Positions 24,731 to 38,154 of a stretch of 64,000 nt of DNA are shown here, piece by piece; position 1 is the stretch's first letter; every line of letters starts with the position of its first letter. The translations under genes were made by a program, and so were the position numbers. A model generated the notes under the pieces. The model was not told the origin of the DNA and did not search any database. It saw only the letters and a list, made by a program, of their open reading frames with translations. Source of the stretch: Rhizophagus irregularis (Eukaryota); the NCBI RefSeq assembly GCF_026210795.1, contig NC_089429.1, positions 248,001 to 312,000 of the forward strand, given 5' to 3'.

Positions 24731-27710
24731 CTAAAAAATATATTTATTTACGAAATATTCATTTTGTTTATCAAATCGGGGTACTATGTGAACGACACCA
24801 TGTATAGACTCTATAGCTACAAAGTTATATAATTCTATCAATTTTAAGTGAGGACATCCATATAAATATGGGCTCCTTTTAGATTTAAAATCGTACCATT
24901 GAATTAATGCGAGATTTAGCGGTGGGTCTGTTAATACTTCTGCTAACAATAAGGCCTATAAATAATAAATATTTATTAATACTTTATAATAAATTATTAC
25001 ATAAATTGGAAAAATACCTGTCCATAACAAAGTCCTTTGTCTGATATATAATCATTTGATTCTTCAGAATCCATTGAAATAGCTATGTCGCTAAACCATA
25101 CTTTATTATGATACCTGTTTGTGGCACGCATTATGGCACCATTTTCCAGTGTTACCGATCCGTATATGTTTATTCGGGTTTCACCAATAATTGTGAACCC
25201 ATCAAGTAAATCTAGATATGAATCCAGACAACTTATAAATCTAGCAAAACCGGTCTGCATTTTATTGTCTACGGAATCTTTTTTTCATTAAAAAATGTAT
25301 TTGCATCTTGTAAAGAGAAATCAAAGAGTCTTGCAGAAAATTTACAAGTGCGAGGTGTTTTTGCCGGATTCACTGAATGTTGAGACATTCTAATAGATAT
25401 TGCTTGACGTTTTATCTATTAATTTAATTTCCATCTTAAGTTATATAATAAATATATACAATAAATAAATTTCCAAATACTTACAGTTCGTAAAAGCTGA
25501 GGTTCGACATCTTTTTTATTGCTAATTCGGTAGGGTATTTTAACGAAATATTTGTGGAGACTTTCGTAAGTTTCTGTGATATAGCCATTTATTGCGCCAT
25601 AAGATCGTATTGAGTCAATAATGTGATAAACCCATGAATGCAATTTAGGCAACTTCAAATTGGAAGGAGAAACAAATTTAAAAGCCTTGACAAACATCCG
25701 CGCCCATCTATGTATTGCATCCTAAAATTTAAATGTTAATTTAATTTATTTAATTTAAATTTTCGATTTTACTAAAATTTTAATACATACATTAAATTTC
25801 TCCAAGTCACTTTCACTAAATTCTTCATATCTACTTAAAATATACATTTCATTCCAATATTCGTACAATTTCACAAGATCATCATTATTTACAAAATTAT
25901 CTACTTCGTTATTATTTTCATCATATAAATTATCAATAACAAATATCATGACTTTCATCAAACTTCGATATTCATTAGCAGTTAATCTTGCAATTGACTG
26001 CAGTCCATTGGAAAAAATTTTAATGGCGGGAAAACGTGGAATTGCTGCTAGACGGCGATCTACTTCTTCAACTAATTTATTACCATTAACATGTTGCAAT
26101 TTTAAGATATCACACGTGAAGATAATTTGATAACGAAATAAACCCAAATCTAAATGATGCATTCTGTCAGGAACAGTAGCCAAGTAGATATTTATATTCC
26201 TTGATAATATAAATATTTATAATTAATATATATATATGTTATTATAATTATTTCTACTTTTGCATACTTACGGCAAATCCCAAAAAAAATTAGGTACAGA
26301 TTCTATGCAAACAGATTTTTGTGTATCATTTTCAAAATATTTACGCATTTCATCATGAGTTCTTAGTATTACATCATTAACCGATAAGTTTATATTTGCA
26401 AGATTGTCCCTTTTAATTAAACAGGAGTGACATGGAAGGCTTGAATTGGAGGATTTATAAACTAAACAAAAACTTGCGGCTTCTGGCCAATCTGCAATAA
26501 TAGTTGAAACTCTAGGATAAAACCAGGTATTTTCATTATTTATAAAAAGGTCTATACCATCTTTTAATAAAATAATTGGTTCTAGTAAATGACGTAAAGA
26601 TTTATGAAAGGTATCACGAACCAGATCTTTATTTGCAGCTTCTAAAATTGGTAAATATCCCAAAAGTTGCTTTGCATCCTGTTTATTACGACGCCATATT
26701 GGAATATTGCCTAATGAAATATATATTGGATGCAATTGACTTTTTCCTAATGTATCTGTAGTTGTTGCATCTGAATATAAAATAATTGATAATAATTTGG
26801 AACCAGTAGGTAAGGATTCTTGCGTAGTTTTCCACCATTTTCCAGTGTTTTGTTCACTGTAAATACTTTCTCTATTATACTATAAAATAATATAAATAAA
26901 TTAAAATAAATATTATTTAAATTATTGAATTAACTAATATTTACTATTTACCTCATAGTTTTCGTAAGATAGCGCAAAATTTTGTGTTATGTCAGGAACA
27001 GTTAAGATATTTTTGATGCACTGTATTAAGTTTTGATAATAAAGAAAATAATCTTTATCCTTATGTTTTGTTATAAGAACTTTACTAAATTCTAAATTAG
27101 AAAACTTCATATTATTCATAAATGCTCGTCCCTGTTCAATATTTTTTGGTAATGGTGATTCTGTAAGATTTGAATGTTTATTAAAAAAACGTATTATTTC
27201 ATTACCACCTTTATTGTTTATTTTATATTTCGTTACTAATAACATTAGATCTTTATAAGCATCATTAGGAAATTCTGTGCAAGTTTTGGTATTGAGATTT
27301 TTGGGTTCTTCAAAAATTTCAGGCTCTTCAGATGAATCTAATATATTTTCAAAGTTACTATCTTCAAGGCTCATCTCTGATATTGCACTTCCAATACTGT
27401 CAAATGACATATTTTGTACATTATTATCATCATCCACCTAAAATTATAAACCAAAATGAGTTAGTATAATTTGAGCTTTTTCTTTAAAAAGAATAATCTG
27501 GAATAACATAATTACCTCAACTTTATCATTTTCATATTCACTACTTAGATTACTTCTTGTATCCATTTCACTGCTATATTTTTCACTATCATTATTATCA
27601 TCATCATCTTCTACTTCTACTTCTACATTTTTTAAGCATTTTTGGGCGTGTTGAGTATATGCAAAGCGTTGACTGAATATTCGCATACAAAGGGGGCATT
27701 TGAAACTCAT
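24731..27710 (-). CDS. Plavaka transposase with N-terminal C2H2-type Zn finger (multi-exon; homopolymer indels)
   Basis: MSFKCPLCMRIF...YTQHAQKC; IILYSDATTTDTLGKSQLHPIYISLGNIP; IADWPEA; VPDRMHHLDLGLF; KLPKLHSWVYH...TETYESLHKYFVK. Confidence 0.85.
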
Positions 27711-28817
27711 GTTACTAAATTAACGCGTTAAATTTGATGAAAAGTATCAATTCACTATTTAATTTATATGAGATTATGTGTGCTAATAAAATTATATTGC
27801 AAATTCATTGTAAAAATTTAATGAATTAATTGAATGGATTACAATTGATTGAGTTATTTGAATAGACACGACTACGCAAATTTACGCATTAATGAATGGA
27901 ACTGGCTGTAAGAATCTGGTGGCTAATATCGCGGAATCATTCGCAATTTTACGCATTATAGCAAAATTTAAAATATGCGAAACACTCAGCAATTTTGCTG
28001 TCGGGAACTTGCCGAGTTCGTGGGTTGGCAAATCTAAAAATAAATGTAACAAGTCTATGATGTACCATATAAATATTGTTTATTATTTTATTTACTATTT
28101 CAATTTGCCGGCAACCTGCCAAGTGAATCTGACAGCAAAAGTGCTGAGTGTTTCGCATATTTTGAATTTGCTGTAACGGGCTGTAAGAATTCGGATGGCC
28201 GGCTAATCATCTGATAATCAGCCGCAAATTTATTGGCTTAACACGGCAAATCACTTTTACAATAATGGACGGATGATCAGCCACAAATTTATGCGATAAT
28301 CAGGTTATAAGCGCTATCAATCTGATCAGCCAAATGAGTTCACTGGCTGCAACTTTTTTTTTCCATGCATAAAAGCCCCAACATGTGTAACATGTTATTT
28401 TTTTATAAATTGGATTTGATTAATATTTCGATTGTACTATGTATGTGCTTTTACGAGAGTTTTTTTTTAAAGTTCTCTTATGAAAGTGTTACAATATTTT
28501 TTCGTAATATCACGATGCAAAATTTTTGCATTAGTACATTCATTTTTCGTAATATTTCGCATTAGTTCATCCATTTTTCGCAATATTTCGCAAGTTTTTT
28601 TTCTTTTTTAGTATAGAATGGCGGAAATTACCTTATGACAGCTTGCCTCCTTTTTCTGAATTTCTGATTCATGTATTTCCCCCTTTTTCCTCATCCTTTT
28701 CGAATTTTCTAGTTCACCTTTTTCTCATATATTTCCTCTTTTTTCTCATATATTTCCTCTTTTTTCTCATATATTTCCTCCTTTTTCTCATATTTTCGTT
28801 TCAAATTTATTATCATA

Positions 28818-30252
28818 ATGGCTACAAAGCGTGGCGAGAAACGAAGAATTGACGATAATGAAAGATTTTCAAAACGTAGTACTGAGGGTAGCGAAGCTGA
28901 GAAGCGAGTGAGAATATCCGATGATAGTGTTGATGGTATATATGACATAATATGTATCATATTCTTTATAAAAGAAATTATATAATATATAGTTAAATTA
29001 TATTTTATTGTTAAAGTTAATAAAAAAACAATAGAAAAACTATTAAGAACCAATTCGCAGATAATTTCTAAGCTTGAAGTTCTTATCACCGGACAAAAAA
29101 ATCTCGAAACCCGTCTCTCGAAAGATAGAAAAAAAGCTCAACGATAATAACAAAAATAATAATAATACAATAGATCCGGAGTATGTAAAGGTAATAAAGA
29201 TGAATATTATTTAATGTAAACCTGAAATGCTAACCTCGTTTGATTAGGAGCTCGTTAAGAAGGTGTCGAAAATTTTATTTGAAAATTTTGTTTATCCTTC
29301 GCAAAGACGAGTACAAACTCGCTACCGAAAAATATTTAAAAGACGAAAATCCGGAATTTATGCGCCAGTTCAAAAAAAATCAATGGATTATTTTTTTCGA
29401 AAAAAAAATTGCCCCGACTGTAAGTTAAAGCAATTATGAATTTTATTAAATTTCATACTAACATTTTTTTTTAATAGTTAGTACAACAACATAGAAGCAT
29501 ACGAGGGACGTTCACGTCTAGAGTTAAAGACGTTATGTATTCTGTTTTCGAAGCGACTGGGCATAAATTACCGTCTATTAACACTCAGGCTAGTCCGTCA
29601 AAGATTCAGGAATGGAAGAGTAAGGCGGAGGTGAAAAGATGTTACAACAACCTATTTAAAAAGGTTAAAGATGGGCAACCTACGACATATATGTCGCTGA
29701 TAATTGATAAGTTGCGAAAAGAAAATAAAAATCCCTCAAAAACACAAATAGCGTATGCGATTAGCATATGTGAAACGTACTTAAATCCTAATAATCAAAA
29801 CATTCAAATGAGCGAAAGTATAATGAAGTCGAAGATAATCAACAACTTAGTAAGTTTTTAATTTACAATTTGCAAAATGTGAATTATTTGAATTACAGTT
29901 TATTTATTTATTTATTGATTTTTAGCAAAAGTTGGAAAATAGGGATAAATTTACACATTCGGACGATGATTCTCATGATGGTAATGATGTAGACGATGGT
30001 GGTGATAGAGCAGCTGACGATAGAGCAGGTGCGGCTGATAATGGTGTGACTAACGATGGTAGGCCTAACGATGGTGCGGCTAACGATGATGCGGCCAACG
30101 ATGGTGCGGCCAACGATGGTGCGGCCAACGATGGTGCGGCCAATGATGGCATAGCTGACGATGATATACTTTCTATTGACTCTTATAACACGGAGGAGGA
30201 AGGTCGGTATGTAAATAGTTTATTAGAGAATTATGGGTTGCATAAAAAATAA
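28818..30252 (+). CDS. Accessory protein of the Plavaka element, unknown function (multi-exon; acidic tail with NDGAA repeats)
   Basis: ATG at 28818 (MATKRGEKRRIDD), GT-AG introns, and exons overlapping track ORFs 29240, 29535 and 29932. 15-bp tandem repeat at about 30040-30150. Divergent from the transposase. Confidence 0.65.
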
Positions 30253-30331
30253 ATATTATTTTTTATATATATCACACGTAATAGCATTTTTTTTACCATA
30301 ATTAATATAGTTTTAATAAATAAAATGGTTA

Positions 30332-30525
30332 TTAATTCTTAACAACACGGGTGTGACATAAATAAATCGTGGCTGAAATTTGTGTTCAATTTGTGTTCAA
30401 TTTGTGTTGATAATTCTGGTAAAAATTTGTTAATTTTGGCCAAATTTCGTTAAATTTGTTAAATTTGTGTTGAATTTGTGTTGATAATTTTTAATTTATC
30501 ACGAGGGGATAATATTTAGTAATTG
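30332..30525. repeat. Internal inverted repeat of the Plavaka element, right arm
   Basis: Reverse complement of 24424-24629. Confidence 0.9.
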
Positions 30526-31424
30526 TGCATATACAATTTCTGTGATTTTTTAAAATGCGGATTTCCGTAATTTTACGATATCGTATTTTCTGGCCAATCA
30601 AAATTAGGCTGATCCTTGCATGTGATTTAATCATTTAATCATTTAATCGTACGCGCGTTTTTGTCTTATTTATTTTTGTTTCTTATTTCTTTATTCTTTT
30701 GTTCAATATTTTTAATTTTTTTGTCTCTTCTTTCTATTTATATTTCTTTAATTATATACAATATATTTACATATATTTCATAATTTATTGCTTTGCAGGT
30801 ATAGAAATATTTGTTTATTAATACTAATTATTTTCATTTTTTTTTACCTCTTTGTTATTTTGTATCGTAATACTAACAATAATATCCATGTTTCCTTTAT
30901 TCCTTTTTACTTGTACTTTAATACTAACGATACTAACAATACTAACAACATGTTTATTTTTTCCTTTCTCTTTATTTCTTTATTCTTTTGTTCAATTACT
31001 TTGCAGGTATAGAAATATTTATTTATTAATACTAATTATTTTAATATTAACGCGTTTTTTTTTACCTCTTTGTTACTTTATGTCGTAATACTAACAATAC
31101 TATCTACGTTTCCTTTATTTCTTTTTACTTGTACTTTAATACTAACGATAATATCCATGTTTCTTTTACTCCTTTTACTGTTTCTTTAACTCTTTTTACC
31201 TTAATACTAACAATAATAACAATATTTCTTTTATCTTTATATCTAATACTAACGTTACTATAGCTGTTTCTCTTCTTTTTACGTCTAATAATATTGTTAC
31301 TCTACTCTTTCTTTTTTTTACTTTTATGTATTCTGTATATATTAATAAATACTTGTAATTTTTTATGATTATATCTAATAAAACATACATTATATAAACT
31401 TATAGTACAGAAAATGAAGTATTA

Positions 31425-31860
31425 TTTATCGAAATATTTTGAAATATTACGAAATATTAAGTTGTGTAAAATCACAGAATATTACGAATCGTCAAATTAT
31501 GGAACATTACGCATCATAGAATTTCGAAATATTTTAAAAAGTTGCGAAGTATTACGCAGTAAAATTACGGAATATTACGAATCGTAAAATTACGAAGCCT
31601 TGCATACAGTAATATTTCGAAATATTTTAAAAAGTTACAAAATATTACGCTTACGCAAACTTGCGGCGGGTCTGAAAACTTACGAAATATTATGTAAAAT
31701 TACGAAATATTGCGAACCGCAAAATTACGGAATATTACAAATCGTAAAATTACGAAGCTTTGCATATCGTAATATTTCGAAATATTTTAAAAAGTTACAA
31801 AATATTACGCTTACGCAAACTTGCGGCGGGTCTGGAAGCTTACGAAATATTATGATGTGT
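31425..31860. repeat. Right subterminal repeats of the Plavaka element
   Basis: Repeated TTCGAAATATT and ATATTACG motifs related to the left array. Direct duplication of about 31561-31700 at about 31721-31850. Confidence 0.75.
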
Positions 31861-32394
31861 AAACTTGCGCAACTTTTCGCACTATATAATTTCCTGATGT
31901 ACTAGACTAAATTATTTCCAAGCTATTTCTAAATTATATTTAGTAAATTTGGTATTAATATGAACTATAATTATTTTATTTAACTTAATTTTTTTATTTT
32001 TTATATTTGTTCTTTCATTTGCTTTTCACTACTTTTTTTTCCTTTCAGCAATTTTTTCTATTATTTATATCTTTGCTTTTCTGTAATTTTCAGTTTGACC
32101 TTTTTGTAATCCATATATATTCATTATCATATTTTCCAAACTCATGTTTCAAAATCATTTCAAGATCTAAAGTATAAATACAGAAAACCATTTTTATAAA
32201 AAAAAAATAAAAAGAAATATTAATAATACTTCTCAAATAAAAAAAATAAATTTTCCATTCTTATAACTTTCAGAGTTTTATATCCAAGAGATTAAGCTTA
32301 GATTCAAGAACCCTAAAGAAAAAAAAGGAACATTAGTAACATTTCCAAAATAAAAAAATTGAATACTCTCATTCCTAGCTTACAATCTCTGGAG

Positions 32395-33282
32395 TAATGT
32401 GTATGGATAAAACTGCGGTATCCGGATATCTGGAAAAAAATAGCTATCTGGATACCGCAGTTTTATTCAGATAAAATATCCAAATAAAAAATATCCGGTT
32501 TGACCTGTTAATTGGATAAAAAAAATTATAAAAATTTTTTTTTAATCATTTAAATTACTTATTTATTGAAATTATTATCTATTAAATTACCATTTGTTAA
32601 AATCATACTAAAATTACTAGTAGAATATTCAATGGTCGATAGTAATTCATCCTATCTATAATGCCAGCCCAAATTTAGTGAAATTAATATTCGTCAACAA
32701 GCAGCAGTATCCGGCCCAACTAAACAAAATTTGGGATTTTTGTAATTTTAGCCGCTATTATATGTCTGGCCCAAATTACTGTTGATCCATGATTTAAAAA
32801 AAAAGATTTTTTCTAATAGTTAGGTTGAATTAATTAATTTTATATTACAAAATAGTATATAAATTTAATAAAAATAATTAGTTTATGTATAATCTTCTAT
32901 TATTTTATGATTTTAATGTGTTTTTATATTTATAATAATGTATTTATTGCAAAATTTTACATTTCTCAAATTTTCAAAAAATTGACATAATTCAGGCAAA
33001 ATTTGTAGTTCCGGCCAAAATTAAAATTTTATTTTATTTAAAATTAATAAAATATCACTAATTTCATTAAAAATATCAAGTCAAAATTTAATTAAGTTAA
33101 TGCCAATAATATTATTTGTTAAGATCGATCAATGAAAAAATTTTTTTAAATATAATCTTATCCAGATTTCAGTTTCTATTCAGATATATCTGGATTTATA
33201 TCTGAACCAGATAATCTAGATAAAATCTGGATAATTTTTTTAATTTATCCGGATAACAGTTTCTACCTAAATTGAAGCACTA
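32395..33282. mobile_element. Probable hAT-type MITE
   Basis: 8-bp TSD CTCTGGAG/CTCTGGAA, TA...TA ends and TATCCGGATA subterminal motifs at both ends. The TIR match is poor. Confidence 0.55.
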
Positions 33283-33379
33283 CTCTGGAATCCAGTAAGA
33301 TTAAGAAACATCCCTAAAAAAAAGAAAAAAACTTTCATAATATTATTATGTTTCATGACTCATAAGACTAACAAGTGAT

Positions 33380-33706
33380 TAGAGTTCTAAACAGATTGAC
33401 CAAATTCAGGTAACCTGACAGATTGACCTGAATTTATCAGGTCAGGTTTAGCAATTGCAATTCAGCATCATTTCAAGTTGCTACATAAATATAATCTAAA
33501 TGATCTGTTAATCTGAAACTATTGATTCTATCACTTTTTATATTAATTTTATATAATAAAAGTGAGTTGTGATATTGGAATTCACTTTTTATATTAATTT
33601 TATATAATAAAAGTGAGTTGTGATATTGGAATTCACTTTTTATATTGATTTTATAAAATAAAAATAAGTTGCGATATTAGAATTCACTTTTTTATATTGA
33701 TTTTAC
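33380..33706. mobile_element. Truncated copy (left part) of the 18153 hAT MITE family
   Basis: TAGAGTTCTAAACAGATTGACCAAATTCAGG... aligns with 18153 onward and stops at the next MITE. Confidence 0.8.
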
Positions 33707-33710
33707 ATAT

Positions 33711-35647
33711 GGGCTGATTTGTCTTGTTATAGCATGGTAGTCCATAGGTACAATTAGTTGACTAACGTATACCAACCAACTGGTATGTGCAACCTAACCA
33801 ATTATCACTACAACTGCCATTTTGGTTTGACCTCAGGATAGTCCTATCCATCAATGAAATACTAACTGGCTAGTTATAACCCCCTACTCATCCTTTATCC
33901 ATTCTAGAGGCAAGACAAGCTCGAATTTATATGCCACCCTGGCATGTCTTAGTAATGGAGGACTTTTGGTGCGAATGTAATGGCAATCATCTAGAAACCC
34001 TTCCATATCAACATTCACACTTCAGAACTGAACTAAGGCTCACTCAAGCCACTACAGTTCCACGATTCTTTAGCCCTAAAGTACAGTTGTGAATCCCCCA
34101 ATGGTATAGTAGTGACTACTGAAACAGAGAGAACATGAGATAGTATAGACTCGCTTGTTTGGGATTATTCCCAGTGGTCTTACTACCACCCAAGCTGCCA
34201 TCCGGTACCCGCCTAGTGAAGAGTTGAACCCCATATTTCACCTAGTACACCTGTCTGTTTAGGAATATCCTAGTTGGCCTAAACCTATTAGAAGGTAAAC
34301 TACCGCAAAGTCATTACACCCAGGATTTTACCATCTATAGAACGACCATCTAGTCCACACGGGATCCTAAAGCCGGTATCATTTCGAAAGTGGGGACCAC
34401 CCTGAACAGGAAATTACCCCTAAGGTATACAAGTAGCGACCTTCACGTACAGGACTCCAAACATCCCAATGATCTCATAAAGAACGTTAGAAGGACACCA
34501 TGACCCTTTGTTGAAATGTGCAGCCTAACTGTATACACTAATTCACCATGGTGCAGTCCAACTATCTAATCCCTGTATCTTCACGCTATTAGTGGTAGCG
34601 TCCGCAGTAAAATTCTTTTTATTTCCGTGATCATAGAAATCGAACCTGCGACCTCACCATACACAGGCTTAATGAGGATCTCAGTAACCAACTACTGAGA
34701 TAGGGTGATCAACCCTATATGGGCTGATTTATCTACTCAGCATTAAAAAGAGTTATTGAATTGATTTGCACAATTTTCGTTACTCAAAATTATTTTGTAA
34801 TACCAAAAAATCATCTGATTGATGATCACTTGACTAAATAATAAGTTGAACAAAAATTTACATTTGCGAAACTTAAATTATTAAATGTAAAAGAGCTGTG
34901 AAAAAACCCATTTCACTAATAAAAAACCCATTTCTTATATATATGGAATTTTTAACATATATTATTAAAAAGTAAGTATATTTTAATAAAATATAAAATA
35001 AAATAAAAATTTATATAGTCTTAGTAGCTATAAATGTTTATAAAAATATAATAAAAATATCATATAACAGATGGTATCATAATAGATATTTTCAAACAAT
35101 AAAAATAATTATTTTATGTCGGAATTTGTATTACCATCTTTAGACGCAAATATATCAAGATTCACTGATCCGTTTTCTGTAATTTTAGGCTCGTTGGAAA
35201 GCCCTTGTTCCGGACTTTATAGGCAAAAAAAGAGCTCGCCAATTGAATAATTAGATCCAGAGATATTTACATTTAAAGTTGAGGTATGAACTTTTTAACA
35301 TGCTTAAATGCAAATATCTTGGGATCCACTGATCCGCTTTTTATAAATTTAGGCTCTTCGGAAAGCCCTTGATCTGGTCTATATGAGCGAAAAAAGAGCT
35401 TGCCGATTGGATCATTAGATCTGGAGATATTTACGTTTAAAGTTGAGATACAAATTTTTAATATACTGTATATAGTAAGTGCTAAGAATTATATTAATTT
35501 AAAAGAAATATTTACCAACTTATAGTATAATAATATTAAATAAAGTTTTTTAATACCCACCCCCAATTTACTGTATATTATATAGTATTTTGTATAATAA
35601 AAATGTAATAAAATCAATATTTTAATTAAAGGTAGACAAATCAGCCC
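33711..35647. mobile_element. MITE with GGGCTGATTTGTCTAC TIRs and ATAT flanks (Sola-like), carrying a SINE in its left end
   Basis: Body 34721-35647 is homologous to the uninterrupted copy at 52842-53753. The superfamily call is inferred from GRG ends and the 4-bp flank. Confidence 0.8.
33725..34716 (-). mobile_element. tRNA-derived SINE-like element (~990 bp)
   Basis: 18-bp direct repeat ATATGGGCTGATTTRTCT at 33707-33724 and 34717-34734. The minus-strand 5' head has an A-box-like TATCTCAGTAGTTGG, stems CTCAGTA/TACTGAG and CCTCA/TGAGG, and B box GGTTCGATTTC (34636-34646). No ORF. Confidence 0.75.
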
Positions 35648-35651
35648 ATAT

Positions 35652-35766
35652 GAGATAGTGACTATATAGAATAGATTTTAATAATAAAGTGTTTTGAACA
35701 TTCAACTGGTATGACTATATAGTAGAATGTGACTATAACGGGAGTGACTATAGAGGGAGTTGACTG
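35652..35766. mobile_element. Solo right end of the 18971-20043 Tc1/mariner MITE family
   Basis: Matches about 19930-20043, including GTGACTATAGAGGGAGTTGACTG-TA. Confidence 0.85.
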
Positions 35767-35898
35767 TAGCTGTACCGCCTGTACGTATTCTTTCAGGGCT
35801 GGAATTATGATAATTTTGGCAAGTGACCAAAAAAGGAAATATCTTTTCACCGGGAATTATCTAAAAAAGAAAGATTTTCATGTTTTTTTGGCTAGTTG

Positions 35899-36224
35899 TA
35901 GAGATGCGATCTGGATGAAATTTTACAATCCGTGATCCGCACAGATCAATCCGAATTATCATAGGATTAAATCCAGATAATCCAGATTAACTTCAAATTT
36001 TTGGGTATCTCGGCATCCAGCGATCGTATAGAGATGCACTATATCTCATTCGAATCGTCACAATGCAACGATTCGAATGAGCTATAGTGCATCTCTGTAC
36101 GATCATTGGATGCTATTTCGAATTAAAATGGATATCCTTAATCCATCCGGATGCATCTATTATCTGTTCAGATCGGATGGATTGGCGGATGATCCGAATT
36201 TTTGGATTTCAGATCGCATTTCTA
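35899..36224. mobile_element. hAT-type MITE
   Basis: TIRs TAGAGATGCGATCTG / CAGATCGCATTTCTA. Perfect 8-bp TSD GCTAGTTG. Confidence 0.88.
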
Positions 36225-36523
36225 GCTAGTTGTACGCAAAATCGGATCTGATCTTTTTATGTATATTTTGGGGTTCTATTAGATTACTAATTCAAAAAAA
36301 GACATAATCTTAAGCAGTACTAGGGCTCTGATCAGTTCAGTTCAGTTCAGTTTTTGCAAAAACTGATACCGAACCGAATTGATCAGTAATTACCAAAAAC
36401 TGAACTGATTTACCAAGCTTTTTTTAAAAAAACGTTTTGTTAAAATTAAGTAATTAATATAACTATTTGTTTATTGTCATTCATTCTATTGGAATGAAAA
36501 TATTTATTATTTACAGCAGTACA

Positions 36524-37288
36524 TAGAGTTCCGAATGGGTCAGGTCAGGCTAATTGATAAACCTGACCTGAAATTTTTTTTCAGGTCAGGTCAGGTCAGA
36601 TTATATCAGGTTGTCTGTTTGACCTGATCTGACCTGAAACCTGAAAAATTTCAGGACTATTTTTATTAAAGTATTGAAAAAAAACGGTACAAAACTTTTT
36701 TTTTTTAATATAATATTATGAAAAAAACGTTTTTGCAATGTTTTTTATTAAAATATTGAAAAAAAATATTGCAAAATGTTTTTTTTTAATATAACATTAT
36801 GAAAAAAATGTTTTCGCAATGTTATTATTGAAATATCAAAAAAAAAATGTTACGAAACATTTTTTTAATATAATATTATGAAAAAAACATTTTCGCAACA
36901 TTTTTTCTCGAAATATTGCGATTCAACATTTTTATATTAAAATCATATAAAAAAAGTTAATCCCAATACTGCAATTCACTTTTTTTATATAGAATTAATA
37001 TAAAAAATGAATCGCAATATTGCAACTCACTTTTATTATATAAAATCAATATAAAAAAGTGAATCGCAATACCGCAACTCTCTTTTTTTATATAAAATCA
37101 ATATAAAAAAGTGAATCACAATACTGCAACTCACTTTTATTATCAATAGTTTCAGGTCAACAGGTCAATCAGATCAGGTCAATCTTCATACCTGACCTGA
37201 ATTTTTTTCAAAAATCTCATACCTGACCTGAATTTCAGGTCAGGTCAGGTCAGGTTACCTGAATTTGGCTGACCTGTTCAGAACTCTA
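36524..37288. mobile_element. hAT-type MITE (inverted copy of the 18153 family)
   Basis: TAGAGTTCCGAA...TTCAGAACTCTA. TSD GCAGTACA/GCAATACA. Confidence 0.85.
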
Positions 37289-37777
37289 GCAATACATGTA
37301 TAATTTTTTATTTTTAGTTTGTACAAATTTCTGACTAGCGATCATCTATACAGTACATGGCTTAGACATCGTGAATTTCATAAGATTTCACAGTTAAATG
37401 CAGCAATTGTGTATTTATAATATTAATAATGTACTATATAATTATTATGAATAATAATATGCAGCTACATCAAAATAACTGTGAACCTACAAAAGCAATA
37501 TAAAAGAAACGTCAATATGTTTTAAAAGCCAATGGCATCTCCACCTCAAATAAAACAACTTACCATCCAGAATTTCGTCCCAAAGACCCATAGGAATCTT
37601 TATTTCTTATTGGATTATTTCAATTGAATAATTTACAATTTTCTTCATATACTGTGTGGTTATTTCCTTATACCCGTTTCTCATTATTTAAACTTCAGTT
37701 CCAAGTTCATACTCTAAAGACTATCAAGAGGATCGCTAAACAGCAGTCATGTCAGAAATTCTCGATCTTCACAAGTT

Positions 37778-38154
37778 GAAATCAGCTGATTTCTCTCAAT
37801 TAGTAGCCTTAACCCCACCCCTACCTGATTGAAATCTGATTGGCTAAAAAAATTATTACTATTAAATATTAAATATTATACATAATAATTAGTATTTATA
37901 ATTATCTTGGCTTCTAGTGATTCAATTTGAACACACTTTTTTTTATTTTGTAAAGCTAGATTTGTAAAGCTAAATGAGAACTATAAATTAAAAAAAAGTT
38001 TATTAAAATTGGATCACTAGAAGTTAAGATAATTGCATTATAATAATTATATAAAAATAATTAAATTACTTCCATTTATATTTAGATATATAAACCTGAT
38101 CTAAAGCTTGACTCCCCCACCCCCTTTCAAATCAGCTGATTTCTGGCACACCCC
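37778..38154. mobile_element. Kolobok-like MITE with one end clipped
   Basis: Inverted homologue of 50832-51391. Ends ...AAATCAGCTGATTTCTGGCACACCCC-TTAA. Confidence 0.75.

Larger units (their letters stand above)
22184..31901. mobile_element. Plavaka-type DNA transposon (~9.7 kb, three genes)
   Basis: ~40-bp TIRs TACATCAGGAAATTTTATAGTGCGAAAAATTGCGTAAGTTT / AAACTTGCGCAACTTTTCGCACTATATAATTTCCTGATGTA; the terminal TA may be the TSD. Subterminal repeats on both sides and an internal Plavaka-like transposase. Confidence 0.85.

Noticed and set aside
22184..31901. Plavaka element as the autonomous partner of the CACTG-ended MITE
   Set aside because: Its TIRs (TACATCAGG...) and subterminal repeats do not match the MITE ends.
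34627..34712. Functional tRNA gene
   Set aside because: The arms are non-canonical and the T stem is imperfect. It is the head of a TSD-flanked insertion, so it is called a SINE.
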